DNA of 41,701 bases from a virus (IMGVR_UViG_3300035135_001896:1-41701), one strand, 5' to 3'; shown: positions 1 through 8,309, counted from the stretch's first letter. Translations and numbers: made by a program. The notes: generated from the sequence alone by a model not told the origin.

Positions 1-2
1 CA

Positions 3-554
3 CCATTTATTGATGAAAATGGTGACGAAAGACTAAGACAATGGTGGGAACTAGCATACGAGTATGGTTTCCAAGATAATGCTTATGGTATTGATTTAGA
101 TTTTGATGGTGAAATGGATTTAATAGATTACTATTGGACAGCACCAAACGGTCAAAGAGTTGCAGATACTGACCAAGACTTTAGAGCTAATAGATTCGGT
201 CCTATGGTTGTAGGTCCTTACAACAGAGAACAATTAGCACTAATTGACGATCAAGGTACTCTATCAGCAGTGATCGGTTTAGATTTCTACCACTACGAAA
301 AGAATAACTGGCTACATATCTCACTTTCAGCACTACCATATCACATGCAATTATTTGGTGATGAAGATTACGGATTTGCTCTATATAATGGAGACGGTGT
401 TGCAGATTACAGTTGGTTCGATTACCAAGCAGGTTTGGTAACTGGCTGGAAGATTAGTAAGAATTTAGGTATTTACATCGAAGGTAATTACCAGAAATTC
501 TGGGACAGAAAAGTTTATTCAGCAAAAGCTGGATTAAACTACCAATTTAGATAA
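3..554 (+). CDS. 5'-truncated putative outer-membrane beta-barrel protein
   Basis: Frame of ORF 114..554 is open back to position 3 (PFIDENGDERLRQWWELAYEYGF...). The C-terminal half has amphipathic beta-strand patterning rich in Y/W/F/G and ends in a beta-signal-like AGLNYQFR. Confidence 0.55.
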   Translation, partial: PFIDENGDERLRQWWELAYEYGFQDNAYGIDLDFDGEMDLIDYYWTAPNGQRVADTDQDFRANRFGPMVVGPYNREQLALIDDQGTLSAVIGLDFYHYEKNNWLHISLSALPYHMQLFGDEDYGFALYNGDGVADYSWFDYQAGLVTGWKISKNLGIYIEGNYQKFWDRKVYSAKAGLNYQFR

Positions 555-559
555 GATTT

Positions 560-964
560 ATGAAAAAGATACTAAGCGTACTATTAATAACTTTCACTAT
601 GTTTGGGATGGCTATGATTGCCAACCCAAGCAGTGATAGTGAACAGAATGAACCGAAAAAGCTAACTGAAGAAAACTTTAATCAAGCAGTTAACACTGGT
701 ATTGTTGTAGTTGAATTTGTAGCATCTTTCGCTGAACCTTTTTCCGACTGGGAAAAGATAGAAGACGGAGAATACTATAGAGTCGATATAGAACAAGAGC
801 CAGGATTAGCAAAAAAGTATAAGGTTAGAGTTGTTCCTACGATTATGGTCTTTAATAATGGTTCAAAAGAATTAACCTATCGTGCTAACATTATGTTAGA
901 ATTAGATGTTACGGCCGAAGAAATACACGAAGACATCGAAGACCTTTTATCAGATAAATTTTAG
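560..964 (+). CDS. Exported thioredoxin-fold protein lacking CxxC
   Basis: Signal peptide MKKILSVLLITF..; Trx patterns LTEENF..VVVEF.A, RVDIEQEPGLAKKYKV..VPTIMVF.NG; no cysteine in the protein. Confidence 0.75.
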   Translation: MKKILSVLLITFTMFGMAMIANPSSDSEQNEPKKLTEENFNQAVNTGIVVVEFVASFAEPFSDWEKIEDGEYYRVDIEQEPGLAKKYKVRVVPTIMVFNNGSKELTYRANIMLELDVTAEEIHEDIEDLLSDKF

Positions 965-1020
965 ATAACAATAATATCTTATCCATTACCTTATTTTTTC
1001 CTAGTAAGTATGTATTTTTA

Positions 1021-1028
1021 AATATATA
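1021..1028 (+). promoter_or_regulatory. Putative late promoter RATATATA (AATATATA)
   Basis: Intergenic copy of a motif found in 10 intergenic spacers of this window. Confidence 0.5.
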
Positions 1029-1059
1029 AACCTAACTAAGAATAAACATCATACACTGA

Positions 1060-1317
1060 ATGGCACAGTATAATGGCAGCGATAAGGATAGCTTAATGAG
1101 AAATAGCTATTATCAAATTACTAGAAATTTTAATAAGACAATAAATAGATTTGTGGTGTTTAAAGAGGGGAAGGATACTGTAGAAATTCCTCATGGCAAG
1201 GGCCAAAGAAGTCAGTTTATTGATATATTAATAAAGTATTTTGAAAAGTTAGAGGAGTATGAAAAGTGTGATGTTTTAATGAAGTTGAAAGACCTGGTCA
1301 TAATGGCAGGCGATTAA
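1060..1317 (+). CDS. Hypothetical protein with a UVR-like C-terminal motif
   Basis: 85 aa ORF filling the gap before phoH; FEKLEEYEKCDVLMKLKD resembles the UvrB/UvrC-type E.YE.A..lrD helical hairpin. Confidence 0.6.
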   Translation: MAQYNGSDKDSLMRNSYYQITRNFNKTINRFVVFKEGKDTVEIPHGKGQRSQFIDILIKYFEKLEEYEKCDVLMKLKDLVIMAGD

Positions 1318-1330
1318 AAAAACCTACTGA

Positions 1331-2020
1331 ATGAATAACAGAAAAACCCCACAGAGGAGACCAGCTTTAAAAGTAGAAGCTTTAAAGAAGGTTCAGCTTA
1401 GACAAAGTCAAAAGCAATACGTAGAAAAGATAATCAATAATGAAATAACATTCTGCTTCGGCCCTGCCGGAACTTCAAAAACATTCACAGCGTGCTACAC
1501 TGCACTTCAACTCTTTTTAGAAAAGAAAATATCCCAAGTAGTTTTATGTAAACCAATCCAAGAAGCGGGTGAAAGACTAGGTTTTTTACCAGGAGATGTG
1601 TCTGAAAAAATAGACCCATTCATGACATCATATATTAGTAATATGAAGAAAATTATCGGGGATGAACACACTCAAAAATTAATAGAAAAAGAAAATATAG
1701 TCTTCAGGCCTTTGGCATATATGAGAGGAGATACCTTTGATAATTGTCTAATGATTTTAGATGAGGCCCAAAATGCAACATTCAAACAGCTTATGTTATT
1801 CATAACTCGAATGGGTAAAGGCTCCAAGGTTATAGTGACCGGTGACGTTAGCCAATATGATATCGCTAAACAACATGTTGGTCTTCCTTCATTTATAGAA
1901 TTGATGAGAGGAATAAAAGGCATAGCCGAACATAAATTTACAGAGTCAGATATCGTTAGAGCTAAAATACTTCAAGAGCTTGTAGGAAGATACGAAAGAT
2001 GGAAATCTGAGAACGAGTAA
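1331..2020 (+). CDS. phoH: PhoH-family ATPase
   Basis: GPAGTSKT Walker A, GERLGFLPGD, PLAYMRGDTF, ILDEAQN, TRMG..SK.IVTGD..Q.D, DIVR motifs. Confidence 0.95.
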   Translation: MNNRKTPQRRPALKVEALKKVQLRQSQKQYVEKIINNEITFCFGPAGTSKTFTACYTALQLFLEKKISQVVLCKPIQEAGERLGFLPGDVSEKIDPFMTSYISNMKKIIGDEHTQKLIEKENIVFRPLAYMRGDTFDNCLMILDEAQNATFKQLMLFITRMGKGSKVIVTGDVSQYDIAKQHVGLPSFIELMRGIKGIAEHKFTESDIVRAKILQELVGRYERWKSENE

Positions 2021-2044
2021 ACATTTTTCATATTTAGTGTATAA
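2019..2044 (+). promoter_or_regulatory. Putative phage promoter AAAC-N17-TATAA
   Basis: AAAC 2019-2022, 17-nt spacer, TATAA 2040-2044; identical spacing at 3920, 8322 and 8982. Confidence 0.65.
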
Positions 2045-2061
2045 CAATAAGATAATACACT

Positions 2062-2697
2062 ATGGAAAATCCAAAACACATATTACTTAAAGCCAGCTAC
2101 AACGACGATCCTACAATCGTAGAGGTTGGGGTGGACGAAGCAGGAAGAGGAGCGCTAGCTGGTCCTGTAACTGTTGCAGCTTGTATTATGCCACGCGATT
2201 TTCAACATCCTCTAGTAAAAGACTCAAAATTACTGAATGAAGCTCAAAGAAAAGAGGCTAGAGAAATTGTATTAAAGAATGCACTTGCATATTCTGTCGA
2301 GCACATTAGCGTAGACCTTATAGAATCTACTAACATTTTAAGAGCTACCTTAGAAGGCATGAGAATCGCTCTGGCTAAAACATGTCAGGAGCATCCTTTT
2401 AATTTTATTTTAGTAGATGGCGATCAGTTTCATGGATTTGATGGAAAGCCATTTGAAACTATAGTAGGTGGAGATAATAAATACACTTCTATCGCCGCTG
2501 CTTCGATTCTTGCAAAAACTGAAAGAGACTCTTATATGAAGGAGAAGGACGAGCAGACTCCCGGCTATGGATGGAATTCTAACAAAGGTTACGGAACAAA
2601 ACAACATATCACGGCAATAAAGGAAAGTGGACCTACTGAAGAACACAGACCTTCTTTTATTTCACATTTACTAACCACTACAAATCAGTTATTTTGA
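2062..2697 (+). CDS. rnhB: Ribonuclease HII
   Basis: GVDEAGRGALAGPV, DSKLL, LVDG, GD.K..SIAAASILAK..RD, NKGYGT..H, HR.SF motifs. Confidence 0.95.
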   Translation: MENPKHILLKASYNDDPTIVEVGVDEAGRGALAGPVTVAACIMPRDFQHPLVKDSKLLNEAQRKEAREIVLKNALAYSVEHISVDLIESTNILRATLEGMRIALAKTCQEHPFNFILVDGDQFHGFDGKPFETIVGGDNKYTSIAAASILAKTERDSYMKEKDEQTPGYGWNSNKGYGTKQHITAIKESGPTEEHRPSFISHLLTTTNQLF

Positions 2698-3038
2698 GAG
2701 GACTTATTCTGGGAATGCTACTCTTTCTAGGAGGGCAGATTCTAATTTGGTTTCAAACCAACGGACAATTCATCAGCACATGGGCTAAAAATCATCCATG
2801 GTTATTATCTATAGGCCTAGGTACTATAATCTCGTACATGTTTATTAATGCAACTGCCCTGGTTGCTCAACACTATGATGGTCTAATATGGCCTGGTAGA
2901 TTTATCGGATTCTCAATGGGTATTACTTCTTTTGCATTTTTAACATGGTTATTGATGGGAGAAGGTATTACCACAAAAACTACCGTTTGTGTTATTTTAG
3001 CTCTTGCTATTATCTGCATTCAAATTTTTTGGAAATAA
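2694..3038 (+). CDS. Small four-TM membrane protein, possibly DMT/SMR superfamily
   Basis: TTG start overlapping the rnhB stop; four hydrophobic helices; LL.GE.IT turn before the last helix is typical of DMT proteins. Confidence 0.6.
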   Translation: MRGLILGMLLFLGGQILIWFQTNGQFISTWAKNHPWLLSIGLGTIISYMFINATALVAQHYDGLIWPGRFIGFSMGITSFAFLTWLLMGEGITTKTTVCVILALAIICIQIFWK

Positions 3039-3040
3039 TT

Positions 3041-3081
3041 GCTTAAAAATTTTTTTTTGTCGCGGGAATTTAGTATATTAG
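3041..3081 (+). promoter_or_regulatory. Putative early (host sigma-A type) promoter
   Basis: GCTTAAAAATTTTT-N4-GTCG-N10-GTATATTAG; TATATTAG resembles the Bacteroidota -7 element TAnnTTTG with a T-tract about 20 nt upstream; same layout at 20088-20127. Confidence 0.6.
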
Positions 3082-3101
3082 CTGTATACTAATAATAAAA
3101 T

Positions 3102-3302
3102 ATGACACTAGAAAAAAATCAAAAAGTAAGCTTCATTGACAAATGGGGTAAATTAGACCAAGGAGTAATTATTGAACCAAGCTACAAATGTGACTTCGAT
3201 CCAAATTTAAATGGATGTGTTAAATTAAAGGTTTGGCATGACAGCTTTGGATTAGGTTGGGTAAATACATTAATCGATAAATCACAAATAATTCTTAATT
3301 AA
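3102..3302 (+). CDS. Hypothetical protein
   Basis: 66 aa ORF directly after the early-type promoter; TAATG-coupled to the next ORF. Confidence 0.6.
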   Translation: MTLEKNQKVSFIDKWGKLDQGVIIEPSYKCDFDPNLNGCVKLKVWHDSFGLGWVNTLIDKSQIILN

Positions 3303-3712
3303 TGGAAGTAACAGATATTAAATGTAACGGGATTTCATGGAATTCCCCTGCTAAAACAGCAATCGGACAAGAACTTTTAACTCTTATTGGATTATTTAGA
3401 ATGCGCCACAGCGAACAAGAGATTTTTGATAAATTTCCTAAAGACGGCTGGGGATATTACTGGGGTTCTAGGGCAAGTAGCGACGAGGATATTTTGTACA
3501 GGTGTTGCAGTGCCATTACGGCGGCTGCCCGAAAAAATGAAAAGTGGAATCCTGATGGTATGAGTGAAGACTCTCGAGAAGCACTGTTAGCCGGTATCAT
3601 TGGAGGCTGGTGGAAAACTCTTAGTGCTAAAGACATTGACTATATTATTCAAGACGCCTTTAGAGATTGTGCTTCAGCCGATCACTGGTATAAATTTGAA
3701 AAGGAATGGTAG
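3302..3712 (+). CDS. Hypothetical protein
   Basis: 136 aa Trp-rich ORF, translationally coupled on both sides. Confidence 0.7.
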   Translation: MEVTDIKCNGISWNSPAKTAIGQELLTLIGLFRMRHSEQEIFDKFPKDGWGYYWGSRASSDEDILYRCCSAITAAARKNEKWNPDGMSEDSREALLAGIIGGWWKTLSAKDIDYIIQDAFRDCASADHWYKFEKEW

Positions 3713-3931
3713 ATGACTCTCGAAGAAAGAGCAAGAAGAATAGAAAATACGTCACATATTGTAAGACTTGAAGATTCTACAGTATATAGAATTTCAGGCC
3801 TACATGTGACAGACGATAAACTAATTGTAGAGACGTCGTGTGGAATGATGTTTTTAGACACCGACGTATTTACTTTAGAAGAAGCAGCTGATGCCGAGAG
3901 AGGTATAAGAAGCTTAATAAAACAAATATGA
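3713..3931 (+). CDS. Hypothetical protein
   Basis: 72 aa ORF starting immediately after the previous stop. Confidence 0.6.
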   Translation: MTLEERARRIENTSHIVRLEDSTVYRISGLHVTDDKLIVETSCGMMFLDTDVFTLEEAADAERGIRSLIKQI

Positions 3932-3945
3932 ATTTTTTAATATAA
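3920..3945 (+). promoter_or_regulatory. Putative phage promoter AAAC-N17-TATAA
   Basis: AAAC 3920-3923, TATAA 3941-3945, 5 nt before the uvsE ATG. Confidence 0.6.
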
Positions 3946-3950
3946 ACTAT

Positions 3951-4874
3951 ATGAGTACACGCTATGGTTATTGTTGTATCAACATGACCCTTAAAAAAGA
4001 ATCAAACATCTACGTAGGTAGGAAAATGATTAAGAGAACCTTTCAAGAAAAAGGTATTTCTTATGCATCTGAGCTTGCGGCAGATAACATTCGCGACATG
4101 ATTGAGATTATCAAGTGGAATCATAGGAATGGTATCACGCTTTATAGAATGTCAAGTGATATGTTCCCTTGGATGTCTGAATATGAATTCACAGATTTAC
4201 CTAATTACAAAACTATTAAAAATCTACTTAAAGGTGCAGGTCAACTTGCAAAATCCTATGGTCAAAGGTTAACCTTTCACCCTGGTCCATTCAATGTTCT
4301 TGCTTCACCTAATGAAAACGTAGTAAAGAAAGCTCTTAAAGATTTGAGACAGCATTCAGAAATTATGGATATGCTAGAATTACCTCAATCTCCTGAAGCC
4401 GCAATTAACATACATATTGGCGGTACTTATGACGATAAGGAAGCTACTAAAAAAAGGTTTGCAAAGAATTTTAAAAGACTTGTACCTGGTGCAGCAAATC
4501 GCCTTGTTATTGAAAACGACGACAAGACTGCACAGTATTCTGTACAAGATTTATATGACATTCATTTACTTACAGGTAAAACTCCTATTACGTTTGACTA
4601 TCACCATCACTGGTGTTACGAAGACCCTATGCCAGAAGAAGATGCCTTAAAACTTGCAGCTAAAACATGGCCTAAAGGAATCAGACAACTTTGCCACTAT
4701 TCTTCATGTAAACAAATATATGAAGACGAATCACAAGGTAATAAACGTGCACATGCCGATTATGTATACGACTATATTAATACCTATGGTATGGACCTAG
4801 ATATTGAACTAGAAGCAAAAGCAAAAGAACTAGCACTTTTACAATATGTCAATGAATTCGCTGAGGCTGTTTAG
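3951..4874 (+). CDS. uvsE: UV damage endonuclease (UVDE/UvsE)
   Basis: GYCCIN, YRMSSDMFP, RLTFHPG.F.VL.S, NIHIGG.Y, RLVIENDD, FDYHHH, HYS, RAHADY, D.ELEAK.KE.A motifs. Confidence 0.95.
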   Translation: MSTRYGYCCINMTLKKESNIYVGRKMIKRTFQEKGISYASELAADNIRDMIEIIKWNHRNGITLYRMSSDMFPWMSEYEFTDLPNYKTIKNLLKGAGQLAKSYGQRLTFHPGPFNVLASPNENVVKKALKDLRQHSEIMDMLELPQSPEAAINIHIGGTYDDKEATKKRFAKNFKRLVPGAANRLVIENDDKTAQYSVQDLYDIHLLTGKTPITFDYHHHWCYEDPMPEEDALKLAAKTWPKGIRQLCHYSSCKQIYEDESQGNKRAHADYVYDYINTYGMDLDIELEAKAKELALLQYVNEFAEAV

Positions 4875-6165
4875 TCTTTTATTAGTCCTTTCTGCCTGTC
4901 AAAAGGAAGAACTTATTACAATTAATCCAGAAAACATATCTGAGCAAGTTGATATTTTAGGAGACGCTAATAGAGGTAAATCTGTTTATATGTTTTCTAA
5001 AGATACTGAAGGTAAGACGTGTATGCAGTGTCACTTTTCGGATGATGGATATGACTTGGCAGTTTTTACCAAAACTATAGATTTTGAAAATCAGGTTTTT
5101 GATAGAGCTTTTCAACATGTTAGTGAACAAGACGCATTAGATGTCACAGCATATATTAAATCTCTTAGAGATACTTATACAGATAGATTAGACAATGTCG
5201 TGTTTCAACCTGGTAACTCTACTGTGAGTGAGTATGTCTTTTCTCAATCCTTTGATTTTGACAATTTAAGTGTTTCTGAAATAAACTCATGGGACTTTAA
5301 ACACATTAAAGTTCCTTTTCAGCTACCTCTATGGATGATAGACGGCTCTAATAGAGACTGGATGCCAGATGAGCCTATTCAACTTTTACTAAATAATAAT
5401 TCTGAGTGTGAGGCCGCATATCAAAATTATCTTTCACATCCATCTGACCAGAATTGGGTAAGAATGAAGAGAGTATTTTGGAATCAGTTAACAGAAGGAC
5501 AGATTCATCCAGGTGAACACGGTGAAGATGATTTCCAAGAGTCATTTAATACTATGAGATGGTTGTCTATCTCTTATATGCAGCATATAATGCTTCATAG
5601 GAATAAAGAATGGGGAACTTTCGATATCGTTGTAGACGGTGTAGAATCAGATGGAAACTTTGAATCTGTTCTCGATCCTGTGTGGTTTGTAGGTAATACT
5701 GTTAGAAGAAGTAGAGATAATGGAGATGAAACTACAGAGATTGATAATCTTATAGAAAATGGAGCAGAGTGGATGTACATGGGATTTATTGGTAATTACG
5801 GTAGAACAACTACATTTGAAAGTAAATATCTTTTAAATGAACTTGATAATTACGGCTTTAAGTATGTTGCTGCTGCTTCAGGTTTAAAAATGATAGTGAA
5901 CAGGCCTAATAATAGAATGGCAGTATATGAAGATATTGAGTCTTTAGTTACACATTCACATCCTAGTATATTAAATAAAGTTTCTTCTTTTTCACTTGAC
6001 TATGTTTTAGACAGACTTCAAAACAATTATCAAGAAATGGTAATATACGATGGTCAAACTAGAGTGTGGACACTGGAATCCCTGAACAGGGCTAAAACTA
6101 AATTACAAACAACATCCGATATAAATAAGATAAATCAAATAATATCATATATAGAGGCCATGTAA
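4846..6165 (+). CDS. Lipoprotein with an N-terminal c-type cytochrome domain (CxxCH)
   Basis: Lipobox LSAC (Cys codon 4897-4899) followed by QKEE; RGKSVY...CMQCH (5020-5034); class I cytochrome c-like helix DALDVTAYIKSL. Start may be 4852. Confidence 0.7.
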   Translation: MSMNSLRLFSLLLVLSACQKEELITINPENISEQVDILGDANRGKSVYMFSKDTEGKTCMQCHFSDDGYDLAVFTKTIDFENQVFDRAFQHVSEQDALDVTAYIKSLRDTYTDRLDNVVFQPGNSTVSEYVFSQSFDFDNLSVSEINSWDFKHIKVPFQLPLWMIDGSNRDWMPDEPIQLLLNNNSECEAAYQNYLSHPSDQNWVRMKRVFWNQLTEGQIHPGEHGEDDFQESFNTMRWLSISYMQHIMLHRNKEWGTFDIVVDGVESDGNFESVLDPVWFVGNTVRRSRDNGDETTEIDNLIENGAEWMYMGFIGNYGRTTTFESKYLLNELDNYGFKYVAAASGLKMIVNRPNNRMAVYEDIESLVTHSHPSILNKVSSFSLDYVLDRLQNNYQEMVIYDGQTRVWTLESLNRAKTKLQTTSDINKINQIISYIEAM

Positions 6166-6169
6166 AGCT

Positions 6170-6177
6170 GATATATA
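6170..6177 (+). promoter_or_regulatory. Putative late promoter GATATATA
   Basis: Intergenic, 21 nt before the ATG at 6199. Confidence 0.65.
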
Positions 6178-6198
6178 GTAAAAATAAAATTTAGTAAC

Positions 6199-6270
6199 AT
6201 GAATTGTAATTGTAACTCTTGTACTTGTGGAAAAGATTGTGGCTGCACATCATGTACTTGCAGTAAATAA
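6199..6270 (+). CDS. Metallothionein-like micro-protein, MNCNCNSCTCGKDCGCTSCTCSK (23 aa)
   Basis: Hand translation: 8 Cys in four CxC pairs; promoter motif and A-rich leader upstream; stop overlaps the next start (TAATG). Below the ORF-track size cut-off. Confidence 0.75.
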   Translation: MNCNCNSCTCGKDCGCTSCTCSK

Positions 6271-6602
6271 TGGTACATAAATTCGAAGATTTCATAAATG
6301 AAAAGCATTTTCTAGTAGTCGTTCATGGAGATGATATGTCACACGCTGTTAAGTTTAGAATAACTCATCAGTCCGGAAAAGCTAACTGGTTAGCGATGGC
6401 TTCTACTAGTAAAGACCTAGATAAATTAATCGCAAGCGGACAATCTCATACTGCAATTGGTAAAGATATTGAAGATATGATTAATGACCAGTTAAAGAAA
6501 TTTAGACAAAACTTTACAGTAGAATTAGACTACTCTTGGCAAGGAGCAGGTTATTCTTTTAATCTTAACTTCGAAGATATACTAAAAAGATTAAATAAAT
6601 AA
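6270..6602 (+). CDS. Hypothetical protein, putative internal head protein
   Basis: N-terminus MVHKFEDFINE resembles the T4 capsid-targeting sequence MKTYQEFIAE. Confidence 0.6.
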   Translation: MVHKFEDFINEKHFLVVVHGDDMSHAVKFRITHQSGKANWLAMASTSKDLDKLIASGQSHTAIGKDIEDMINDQLKKFRQNFTVELDYSWQGAGYSFNLNFEDILKRLNK

Positions 6603-7480
6603 TGGAAGATTCATTCAACGATTATCCTGCTGCTGCAAAGAAGAATGCCCAACAAGCAATTGATTGGAAGGAAAAGTATGGCCGAGATGAGGTAGATGCA
6701 GGAACAGCGGTTGGATGGCAAAGAGCACATCAACTTGCTAAAGGTGAAAAGATTTCTGCAGATACTGTAAAGAGAATGGCTTCCTTTAATAGACACCGTA
6801 AAAACTCATCAATAGCACCTGAACATAAAGACGAACCATGGAAAGATAGAGGATATGTTTCTTGGTTAATTTGGGGAGGAGATGAAGGAGTAGATTGGGC
6901 TATGAAAAAATCTAAAGAGATTGACAATATGAAATCTGAGAGTAGACAACTTAAGCATATTAAATTATTTGAACAATTTATATCCGTTAATGAGAGTGTT
7001 AGCAAATATGATTATGATAGGTGGGTTAAAGATAATGGTAAAATTAAATACCCTAAATGGATAGAAAAAACACGTAAAGAAATTATTAAAGCAGGGATGA
7101 TGGACAAAGTCTATGACGGAGAGCATCATAACATGTCTATATGGACTAATTCTTTAGGAGATAAGCTATTTAAGATATATGCTGATAAAAAGCTTAGGGA
7201 TAGGGAATTTGGTAAAGAAGGTAGTCAATTTCTTAATGATAAATGGAATGATATAAGAGGCTACACTGCTATTTTCTGGGAAGGTGCAATGATTGCATTA
7301 GGATTAAGTAAGATGGTCGAAGATATGATTGCTAATGACGAACCCGTAGAGCCTGCATACTATATTACTAAAGAATGGTTCAACAATCACGGAAAAGATA
7401 CTAACAGAAGCAGGTTATTTAATGCAGCTGTTGAAAAGTTAGAGAAGTGGATGAAAGATAATAAAATTGACACTCTCTAA
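6602..7480 (+). CDS. Two-domain putative head-associated protein
   Basis: N-domain DYP..A..NA..GT.VGW.RA.QLA..RM.SF.RH..W.IWGG..G..WA, recalled from phage head-module proteins of unknown function; internal LKHIKLFEQF..VNES motif before a second domain. Confidence 0.6.
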   Translation: MEDSFNDYPAAAKKNAQQAIDWKEKYGRDEVDAGTAVGWQRAHQLAKGEKISADTVKRMASFNRHRKNSSIAPEHKDEPWKDRGYVSWLIWGGDEGVDWAMKKSKEIDNMKSESRQLKHIKLFEQFISVNESVSKYDYDRWVKDNGKIKYPKWIEKTRKEIIKAGMMDKVYDGEHHNMSIWTNSLGDKLFKIYADKKLRDREFGKEGSQFLNDKWNDIRGYTAIFWEGAMIALGLSKMVEDMIANDEPVEPAYYITKEWFNNHGKDTNRSRLFNAAVEKLEKWMKDNKIDTL

Positions 7481-7508
7481 TACTTTAGAAAATTACCTAA
7501 TATAATAA

Positions 7509-7516
7509 GATATATA
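7509..7516 (+). promoter_or_regulatory. Putative late promoter GATATATA
   Basis: Intergenic before 7551; preceded by ATAC-N17-TATAA (7480-7505), a one-mismatch copy of the second motif. Confidence 0.65.
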
Positions 7517-7550
7517 GAAAATAAGAACAAAAAACCAAAATTAAACTAAC

Positions 7551-8309
7551 ATGGCAAAGTTAAAATCATTCGAACAGTTTCTAGCCGAAATGGATAGAGC
7601 TGAAGAAATTGAAAAAGATGTGGTAGACGCTGGTACTCCTGAAGAGCATTCTGAAGAAGAAGCTGAAGAAGTACAGGGTCACACTGAAGAATCAGTTGAA
7701 GAGGCTGAAGGTAAAGAAGCTGGTTTAGAGCCTTCTGAAAAACCAGTTGACAAAACTGAAAAAGAAGAATTCGACGGAGAAGAAATGGATGACGCTACAG
7801 ATAGAGCGGAAGACAAATCTTCAGAAGTTGAAGGAGAAATCGTTGACGGCGAAGAAGGAGCTAAAGAAGTTGTTGAATCAGAAGAAGTCAAAGAGGAAGA
7901 AGAATCTGATGACGATGATGATGATGACGACGATGACGATGATGATGACGAAGATGAAGAAGCTGAAGAAGCTGAAGAAAAAATGTCTGCTGATAAAGTA
8001 GCTGCTGTTGCAACTGTAGCTGACATGATAAAAGAAGCTTATGAAGCTGTAAAGCAAGAAGCTAAAGCATGGGAAGAAGATGCACACGATGAGCATACTG
8101 TTGAAACTTACATGAAAGAAAACGCTGCACTAATAGCTATGACCGCAGCTGACGCTCTTAAAGAAATGAAAGACGAAGGTGAGTATTCAGTAGAAGCTTA
8201 TGAATCTGCATGTAACCAGATGGTAGAAGCTTACACTAAGAAAATGGAAGAGATGAAAGAGATGGCAGGAAATGCTGGTCACTCTGAAGAATCTGAAGAA
8301 GAAGCTTAA
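7551..8309 (+). CDS. Highly acidic protein, putative prohead core/internal protein
   Basis: N-terminus MAKLKSFEQFLAE; very E/D-rich with a 14-Asp run; HSEE/HTEE motif three times. Confidence 0.65.
   Translation: MAKLKSFEQFLAEMDRAEEIEKDVVDAGTPEEHSEEEAEEVQGHTEESVEEAEGKEAGLEPSEKPVDKTEKEEFDGEEMDDATDRAEDKSSEVEGEIVDGEEGAKEVVESEEVKEEEESDDDDDDDDDDDDDDEDEEAEEAEEKMSADKVAAVATVADMIKEAYEAVKQEAKAWEEDAHDEHTVETYMKENAALIAMTAADALKEMKDEGEYSVEAYESACNQMVEAYTKKMEEMKEMAGNAGHSEESEEEA
7908..7949 (+). repeat. (GAY)14 trinucleotide run encoding poly-Asp
   Basis: gat gac gat gat gat gat gac gac gat gac gat gat gat gac. Confidence 0.9.

Noticed and set aside
1459-1482. PhoH Walker A reads GPAGTSKT rather than GxxGxGKT
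   Set aside because: Catalytic Lys/Thr and all other motifs are intact; insufficient to claim inactivation.
7679-8096. Poly-Ser, poly-Met and poly-Ile/Phe ORFs in other frames
   Set aside because: Shadows of the GAA/GAT-rich acidic gene 7551..8309.
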